Shown in pieces: positions 56,696 through 64,000 of a DNA stretch of 64,000 nt. The translations under genes were made by a program, and so were the position numbers. This stretch comes from Octopus vulgaris (Eukaryota): assembly GCA_951406725.2 (NCBI GenBank), contig OX597815.1:62434001-62498000 (forward strand). The letters run 5' to 3'. Within the stretch, counting starts at the first letter, position 1, and each line of letters starts with the position of its first letter. Below the pieces are notes generated by a model that worked only from the letters and a program-made list of their open reading frames with translations, was not told the DNA's origin and ran no database searches.

Positions 56696-56743
56696 AGACC
56701 TGTATCACAGTGATTTCATACTTACGTATTCATCAGCAGGCCT
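56696..56743 (-). ncRNA. Minimal type-I hammerhead ribozyme (unit 1)
   Basis: Minus strand: aggcctg CTGATGA atac gtaa gtat GAAA tcactgtga TA caggtct. Confidence 0.9.
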
Positions 56744-57172
56744 GGATATATCATACATAAACGACCCTGCCTCGCTTAAGCCTATCAGCTAACTGATCAA
56801 CATCAACGAAGCACATGGGTGAGTTTACATATATTACATCCTGTAAATATCAGACTTTTTACGAATTGCATTTCGGGAAAGGAAAAGTTTTTTTCGGAAT
56901 AAAAATTTAGCAATTAAGGACAACTACTTAATAAGGAAAACTTAACAAGAAATTGTCAGGTAGATAGCGTGAAAACCTCATAAGAGAAAAAAATTTCGAA
57001 AATAATTATTTCTTATTGAACATATTAATTTATATATAGAGGGCATTATACATACATGCCAGATGGCATTATATATACATGCCACACGCTAAGAGGGACA
57101 ATTAGTCATTTCTACCAAAAATATTACTAATCCCACCGAATGCAATTTTTCAAAGTAAGACATTTAAAAAAT

Positions 57173-57220
57173 AGACCTGTATCACAGTGATTTCATACTT
57201 ACGTATTCATCAGCAGGCCT
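57173..57220 (-). ncRNA. Minimal type-I hammerhead ribozyme (unit 2)
   Basis: Identical to 56696-56743. Confidence 0.9.
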
Positions 57221-57732
57221 GGATATATCATACATAAACGACCCTGCCTCGCTTAAGCCTATCAGCTAACTGATCAACATCAACGAAGCACATGGGTGAG
57301 TTTACATATATTACATCCTGTAAATATCAGACTTTTTACGAATTGCATTTCGGGAAAGGAAAAGTTTTTTCGGAATAAAAATTTAGCAATTAAGGACAAC
57401 TACTTAATAAGGAAAACTTAACAAGAAATTGTCAGGTAGATAGCGTGAAAACCTCATAAGAGAAAAAATTTCGAAAATAATTATTTCTTATTGAACATAG
57501 ACCTGTGATACAGGTCTATTTTTTAAATGTCTTACTTTGAAAAATTGCATTCGGTGGGATTAGTAATATTTTTGGTAGAAATGACTAATTGTCCCTCTTA
57601 GCGTGTGGCATGTATGTATAATGCCATCTGGCATGTATGTATAATGCCCTCTATATATAAATTAATATGTTCAATAAGAAATAATTATTTTCGAAATTTT
57701 TTCTCTTATGAGGTTTTCACGCTATCTACCTG

Positions 57733-57796
<64 letters not shown>

Positions 57797-57983
57797 CATA
57801 TATACGACGGGTTTCTTTCAGTTTCCATTTACCAAATCCACTCACATGGCTTTGGTCGGCCTGAGGCTATAGTTGAAGACACTTGCCCAAGGTGCCACGC
57901 AGTGGGACTGAACTCAGAACCATGTGGTTGGTAAGCAAGCTACTTACTACACAGCCTCTCATACGCCTAAGAAAATGTGTGAC

Positions 57984-58051
57984 GCTTACAGCACCTAGGT
58001 TTCCGAAGCGGTCTAAGTACTAACTAGGCTCGACGTTGCTTAACTTCGGTG
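57984..58051 (-). pseudogene. 5S rRNA 3' fragment (pseudogene) with internal deletion
   Basis: Reverse complement caccgaagttaagcaacgtcgagcctagttagtactt-agaccgcttcggaaacctaggtgctgtaagc matches the 3' two-thirds of metazoan 5S rRNA but lacks ggatgggt. Confidence 0.85.
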
Positions 58052-58104
58052 GAACAATAAAGTCTATGTGCAGATTCTTCGATGTTCGAAGTATCATTTG
58101 CGCA

Positions 58105-58370
58105 GGTTTGGGATTTTTAACATGACAACAACTCAAAACACTGTAGGAATAACCAGGGAACTTCTCAAACGGAAGAAAGTCCAAGAGCTACAGTGGTCCG
58201 GACAATCATCAGATCAAAACCTGATACAAGAGCTTTAGAAACGGATTAAGATGTGTTTTGGAATAAAGGAAATCTGGGAAATCAAATTTATTGTATGATT
58301 ATATTGGAAACGTTGGGAAGAAATTCCAACATACTAATACAGTACCACGTACCAAATTTCCAGAAAATTT
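58105..58370 (+). mobile_element. Tc1-family transposase relic (DD34E region)
   Basis: HDNNSKH...TRELLKRKKVQELQWSGQSSDQNLIQEL...WEEIP resembles QDNDPKH...WP.QSPDLNPIENLW...W..IP. Confidence 0.75.
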
Positions 58371-58650
58371 CGAGAAACGACAGAATATTCGTGCATTCGA
58401 TTTTTTCTTCAGCTTCTTTAATACTACAGTTTTTAAATATTCTTTATGAAGTGGCATATATTATTGTCATACCATCATACCATCAGTAATTGCGGTAGGC
58501 TAATTTGTTTCGTGTTTAAACTTATCTCGTTCAAAACGGCAGAACATTCTCTTTCTATTCAAATATGATGTGAATCGTGATAATATAAACGGAAATAACA
58601 TTCATCATTTGTAGTCTCCTATCATTAAGTGAATCCACTTTGTGTGTGTG

Positions 58651-58736
<86 letters not shown>

Positions 58737-58862
58737 TGTATACACACCAACACATGCATACATACATATACATATATATATGTATACGCATTATATATAT
58801 ATTATATTTCGTGTGTGTGTGTTTGTGTGTGTATATATATGTACATACAAATAATAATGATG

Positions 58863-58968
<106 letters not shown>

Positions 58969-58975
58969 TAATAAT

Positions 58976-59410
58976 AATACCACAGATTTGCTTGTCAGTT
59001 GTTTGACTTTAACCAGTTGAGCATTTCCCTTAGTGGCTGACGATATGTGCATCTCTGATCACGAGCAGAAGTAGTGGGGGAGCATCATAGCCATGTGTTG
59101 AGAGGAATTCTTTGGGGTTTGAATAATTCACCTCTGGAAACATGGGTGTTTCGTTCAACATCCTTAAACAACCCTTATTCAGGGACCTTTCGAGTGGGAT
59201 GGGTTACTCGACCTGAAGAAAATTCTAACTGGGCCCCACCTGTAGGGTCATGTGCTGTTTATTTTGATATGAGATCACCATGTCGCGCACATATGGTTGT
59301 GATGCATGTGCCTGGTGTACCCTTATCAGACGGGTAGTCATGATGGGTATACTGGGCTTCGTATATTTTACCCCAGTGTCACTTTGATGGCATGCACTGC
59401 TCTCTCACCC
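58976..59410 (+). mobile_element. 557-bp (AAT)n-associated element, copy 6 (5'-truncated)
   Basis: Follows a long (AAT)n and has the same 3' end. Confidence 0.9.
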
Positions 59411-59451
59411 AATAATAATAATAATAATATTATCATTATTAAAAACAATAT

Positions 59452-59589
59452 GATTCGGCTCCACGCAACTTCAGGTTTCGCAGGCTTCTTGCAGAAACCT
59501 CATTCGGGCTAAATTACTGTTAAACTGAGCCTAACCGAGCTTCGCTTCTGTAAAAAATCCTGCGAAACTTGGTCGAATAGAGCCAAATA
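59452..59589. repeat. Imperfect fold-back, MITE-like
   Basis: attcggctc...aggtttcgcaggcttcttgcagaa versus ttctgtaaaaaatcctgcgaaactt...gagccaaat. Confidence 0.55.
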
Positions 59590-59938
59590 AAACTTTTAAA
59601 GAATGAGGCAATTCCAACTAAATAAGTTCAGTGCCTTCTTCTTTCGATTGTCCACCCACTTACACACACACACACACACACACACATACACATGGACGCA
59701 AACGCATGCAGACATAAGGATAAAGATCTTAGAAAAACAGAATGGAGTAAGTGAAGCAAGAGCACGAAGACGAAAAGTGTCGCTGAGGAGGTCACAGATG
59801 TGTAACGAAAGATTTCCGGACAATGGACATGAGTTAGAAGAAGAACAGTAATAAACGAGTGAAGAACAAATATATAGTACGTGTGTTTATTCGGCAAAAG
59901 AAAATTACCATGCCATAATACAACAATATGTGTATATG

Positions 59939-59982
<44 letters not shown>

Positions 59983-59995
59983 CACATACACACAC

Positions 59996-60054
<59 letters not shown>

Positions 60055-60224
60055 CATACACACACACACATACACACACACATTCACACATATATATTCC
60101 ATTTCCTGAGCGCCTATTAATAATAATACTGTAATTGTTCCCTTGTTGTTGTTTTTTTGTTTCCCGTTTGGATTAAAAATATATATATATATATATATAT
60201 GTGCGTGTGTGTGTGTGTGTGTGA

Positions 60225-60524
60225 AGGCGCATGGCTCAGTGGTTAGAGCGTCGAGCTTACGATCGTGACGTTGTGAGCTCGGATCCCGGAACGGGTTGCG
60301 TGTTGTGTTCTTGAGCAAGACACTTTATTTCACGTTGCTCCAGTTCACTCAGCTGTAGAAATGAGTTGCGACGTCACAGGTGCCAAGCTATATCGGCCTT
60401 TGCCTTTCCTTTGGATAACACTGACGGCGTGGAGAGGGGAGGTCGGTATGCATGGGCGACTGCTGGTCTTCCATAAACAACATTACTCGGACTTGTGCCT
60501 GGGTGGTTAACTTTCTAGGTGCAA
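60225..60524 (+). mobile_element. tRNA-derived CORE-type SINE
   Basis: ggcgcatggctcagtggttagagcg (A box), tRNA-like body, and the CORE-like block tgtgttcttgagcaagacactt. Confidence 0.85.
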
Positions 60525-60693
60525 ATAAACATAACAAAATCTACATATTCAGAGCTAGAGTAGACCACATGGTGGTCACTCTCTTATATTTATGCATAAA
60601 ATGTGTCGTAATCCGGGTTTTTTATGCACTAAGCCACTTGGTGGTAAATGGATGTACTATTAAATTAGTACCCAATTTTCTCCCCCTTATCGG

Positions 60694-60732
<39 letters not shown>

Positions 60733-60756
60733 TACACATATATATGTATACACATA

Positions 60757-60925
<169 letters not shown>

Positions 60926-61002
60926 ACACAAATTAGCACGAAGCGTAAGGATGCTTAAACCTGCTAGAAATAAGAGGTAAAGTCTTAATTAAACCACTAC
61001 TG

Positions 61003-61455
61003 TTGATACCATCAATTTAAAATTCTATCCATAGATGATATTAATAGTAGTGACATCTTATTTCAAACCTTAGTGTTTGAATGTTTAGTTCATAAATATT
61101 TTTGCCCTATGTACTGTGCTTTTTTTTTTTTTTGCGCAAAACAAGACCAGTACGTCAACGGATATATAACGTGACGGATTTGAATTTTTATCAGGTAGTC
61201 TACACTGAAGGATTAAATTTCCAAGACTCAGGTATGTAGACATCCTAAATAGTATAATCTTTCATTAATTAAACTCTTATTTCTAGCAGGTTGATGTTTT
61301 TCAGCACCATTATGCTTCGTTCTAATTTGTATATTATAGCATAATAATGGTATTTGTCTGCGAACCACCTATTGATACCATCAATATAAAATTTTATCTA
61401 CTGGTGATATTAGTAGTAGTGACATCTTATTTCAAACGTTAGTGTTTGAATGTTT
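61003..61455. repeat. About 84-bp diverged direct repeat (period about 369 bp) bracketing a degenerate hammerhead
   Basis: ttgataccatcaat...gtagtgacatcttatttcaaac.ttagtgtttgaatgttt at about 61003 and 61372. Confidence 0.8.
61198..61241 (+). ncRNA. Degenerate type-I hammerhead motif
   Basis: gtctaca CTGAAG gattaaatttcc AAGA ctcagg TA tgtagac. Stem I (7 bp) is perfect and the core is damaged. Confidence 0.5.
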
Positions 61456-61457
61456 TG

Positions 61458-61494
<37 letters not shown>

Positions 61495-61495
<1 letters not shown>

Positions 61496-61753
61496 TATTA
61501 TTTGTATCAGTCATTTGATTGCGACCATGCTGGTGCACCGCCCTTTATTCGAAGAAATCGATTCCATGACTTATTCTTTGTAAACCTAGTATTTATTCTA
61601 TCGGGCTCTTTTGCTGAACCGCTAAGTTACGGGGACATAAACACACCAACATCGGGTGTTCAGCGATGGATGGGAGATAAACACAGACACAAACATATAC
61701 ACACACGCGCACACAGACAGACAGACACACACACATACACGCATATACACACA

Positions 61754-61791
<38 letters not shown>

Positions 61792-61941
61792 CTTGTTTCA
61801 GTTTCCGTCTACCAAATCCACTCACACGGCTTTTGTTGACCCGAGGCTATAGTAGAAGACACTTTCTCAAGGTACCACGCAGTGGGGCTGAACACGGAAC
61901 CATATGGTTGGTAAGCAAGCTTCTTACCACACAGCCATGCC
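61495..61941 (-). mobile_element. SINE family A, full length
   Basis: Reverse complement of the family consensus. Confidence 0.88.
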
Positions 61942-61993
61942 TAAACACGCCCACATCTATGTATGTATGTATGTATGTATGTATGTATGTATG

Positions 61994-62028
<35 letters not shown>

Positions 62029-63322
62029 TGGTATATGTTGCTCTCTCTCTGTAAAATGCATATATGCACACGGCTGTGATTCAGTGTGTGTGTATGTAAG
62101 CGTGTGTGTATGTAAGCGTGTGTGTATGTAAGCGTGTGTGTGTGTGCTTGTTGAAGCTGGTAGACATTTACTGTACTTAACGGTCAAGTGCTTCCCCAAA
62201 GTTACTAGGACAGTCACCATTGCACGTGTTCCAACTTGAGACGTGGAGAAAGAGAACAGGAAATAAAGCGATTATCCGGAGCTAAATCTTGTAAAGTAAA
62301 TTGCTTGTAGCAACAAGCAGTCGGTGACAGTGACTATATCAGTGTTCATGTTGTACACACTCTCACACTCATCTACACATAAATTTACATACACATACAT
62401 ATATTCACGCACACTTTAATGCGCTATTTTCGAAGTTGACGAAATTTCCACTACTTTATGCTTCTTGCCGACAGGCAATCGTTAGATAGTGAATCTATGA
62501 AAAATGAAAAAAGACACAAACGAAATTTAAAACAGCGTGTTAATTGATGGGAGTGTGCGATGCTACAAATGGCGTGTTGTAAACTTCCGGGTTGCTCCTG
62601 CTATTTAGGTTGTCGCGGTCTTTATTTGTTCGGTTGTGTCTGAGTTGAAGAATGAAAATATGTTTCTTGTGCAGCGTGTAGAACTAACTGAACAACATCC
62701 GCAAACATCTTACAGAAGGTTTTATTATCGCACATAAAGACAAACTAGATTCGCCTTTTTACAAATATCAGCAGCAATAATTACAAATTAAGGGAGAGAT
62801 ACTGCTTGGACTTTACGACAAGCTACTGACACGGCAACATGCCGCTTGCCTAACGTAAATGGAAACAAATGTGCCATATTCGTGGCCTCGGAGTTTCTTG
62901 TCATCTATCTGCTCCATCTGTCTTAATCGTCTTCATGTGTTGTCTAGCTGTTAGAAATTAGCGCCGAACTGTTTTTATATGGGACATGAAGTCAAATTCG
63001 AGAATGTTCGAGAAAACCTATCCGCGCTTCACGCTTTTGGTCGGTTAATATACCGATCACATGAAACTATGGTATTTGCTCGCGATGTCTGACCACGTTC
63101 CCAGGGCTTCGGTTTCGAATAAGCTTTTAGAATGTCCAGTGGATTAATCATGTAGATTACACATAGTGCTATATACCCACATGTTACAAACACATGCGCA
63201 CACACGTATGTATGTATGTATGTATGTATGTATGTATGTATGTATGTATGTATGTATGTATGTATGTATGTATGTATGTATGTATGTATGTATGTATGTA
63301 TGTATGTATGTATGTATGTATG

Positions 63323-63375
<53 letters not shown>

Positions 63376-64000
63376 TTATATATATATATACATATATATA
63401 TGTATGTAATACAAAATGGGACAAAAACGCAAAACATCCGGACAGTTAGGTGATACGAAAATATGACAACAAAACATCCAGATAGACGATACAAAGAAAA
63501 CAAGGACGGGTCATTCGAAGTTTTCTTTCCTCAGTCAAGTACCAGATCATCTTCACAATTTCGGCCGATTATATTTGAGATTGCTTCAATCTGGCCAGCC
63601 CCAAGGAAAAACTAAGCTAAGAGCATTAGATTCCTTGGAAGAAAGCAGCGAATGTACACAAAAACAAGGATGAAAAAAAAACCCGACAATGTTGCACAAA
63701 TACAGTAAAAATAAAAACAGGACATAACAACAAGTGTCTTTCAACTAAGGACGAATTAAATTAAGCTGGCGTGTGTGAAAATGAAGCCTTACGGCAGGAA
63801 TAGATTTCACAAACACAGGGAGGAATATCGATGTTGCACGAACAACTGTCAGACCAAGAAAGAAAGAACAGGCTTGGCCGAACGTCGGTATATATATATA
63901 TATATATACATACATACATACATACAAAGAAATATGAAGATAGTTGTGTATATATACCTGTTTGTATATGCACACACACACAAATGTGTGTCGAGAGAGA

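Larger units (their letters stand above)
56433..57737. mobile_element. 476-bp tandem array (2.25 units) plus inverted segment, one hammerhead per unit, flanked by (AT)n
   Basis: Unit starts at 56433, 56909 and 57385. Segment 57503-57737 is the reverse complement of part of the unit. Confidence 0.95.
55627..57968 (-). mobile_element. SINE family A split in its internal microsatellite (tail 55627-55822, head 57803-57968) by two nested inserts
   Basis: The two halves are complementary parts of one consensus in the same orientation. Confidence 0.8.

Noticed and set aside
60225-60297. tRNA gene
   Set aside because: The B box and acceptor stem are imperfect and the sequence continues into a SINE core
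61195-61231. 37-nt micro-exon (tttttatcag ... gtatgt)
   Set aside because: No partner exons. Better explained as the degenerate hammerhead inside a direct repeat.
63410-63890. Repeat-like segment between (AT)n tracts with a possible ribozyme around 63540-63600
   Set aside because: Only GAAA and a possible stem I (ccagat/atctgg) are visible. There is no recognisable core and no second copy in the window.

Overview
AT-rich eukaryotic DNA saturated with microsatellites. The SINE and repeat complement suggests an octopus or other cephalopod, which is an inference. I found no host protein-coding gene I can support. Almost all listed ORFs are simple-repeat artefacts or transposon debris. The window holds about 25 tRNA-derived SINE copies or fragments from several families, R4/Dong-clade LINE fragments tied to (AAT)n tracts, and RTE and CR1/Jockey-like LINE remnants. 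It also holds a Penelope-like (PLE) GIY-YIG remnant, non-autonomous Helitrons, Tc1 and hAT relics, and a 5S rRNA fragment. Four things stand out. (1) There are about a dozen minimal type-I hammerhead ribozyme motifs with self-complementary stem III. They include a very young 476-bp tandem array (56433-57737) whose terminal inversion breaks at the predicted cleavage site, and several topologically intact variants with non-canonical cores. (2) Two diverged copies of an L1/Tx1-like ORF1 element sit at the same position in the head of the same SINE family. One is ORF1-only with a 19-bp TSD. (3) A 557-bp non-coding element with fixed ends occurs six times, always inside (AAT)n and beside Dong/R4 fragments. 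(4) A short non-coding element shares its 3' tail with the RTE LINE at the start of the window. All alignments and folds were done by eye, so coordinates of degraded repeats are approximate.
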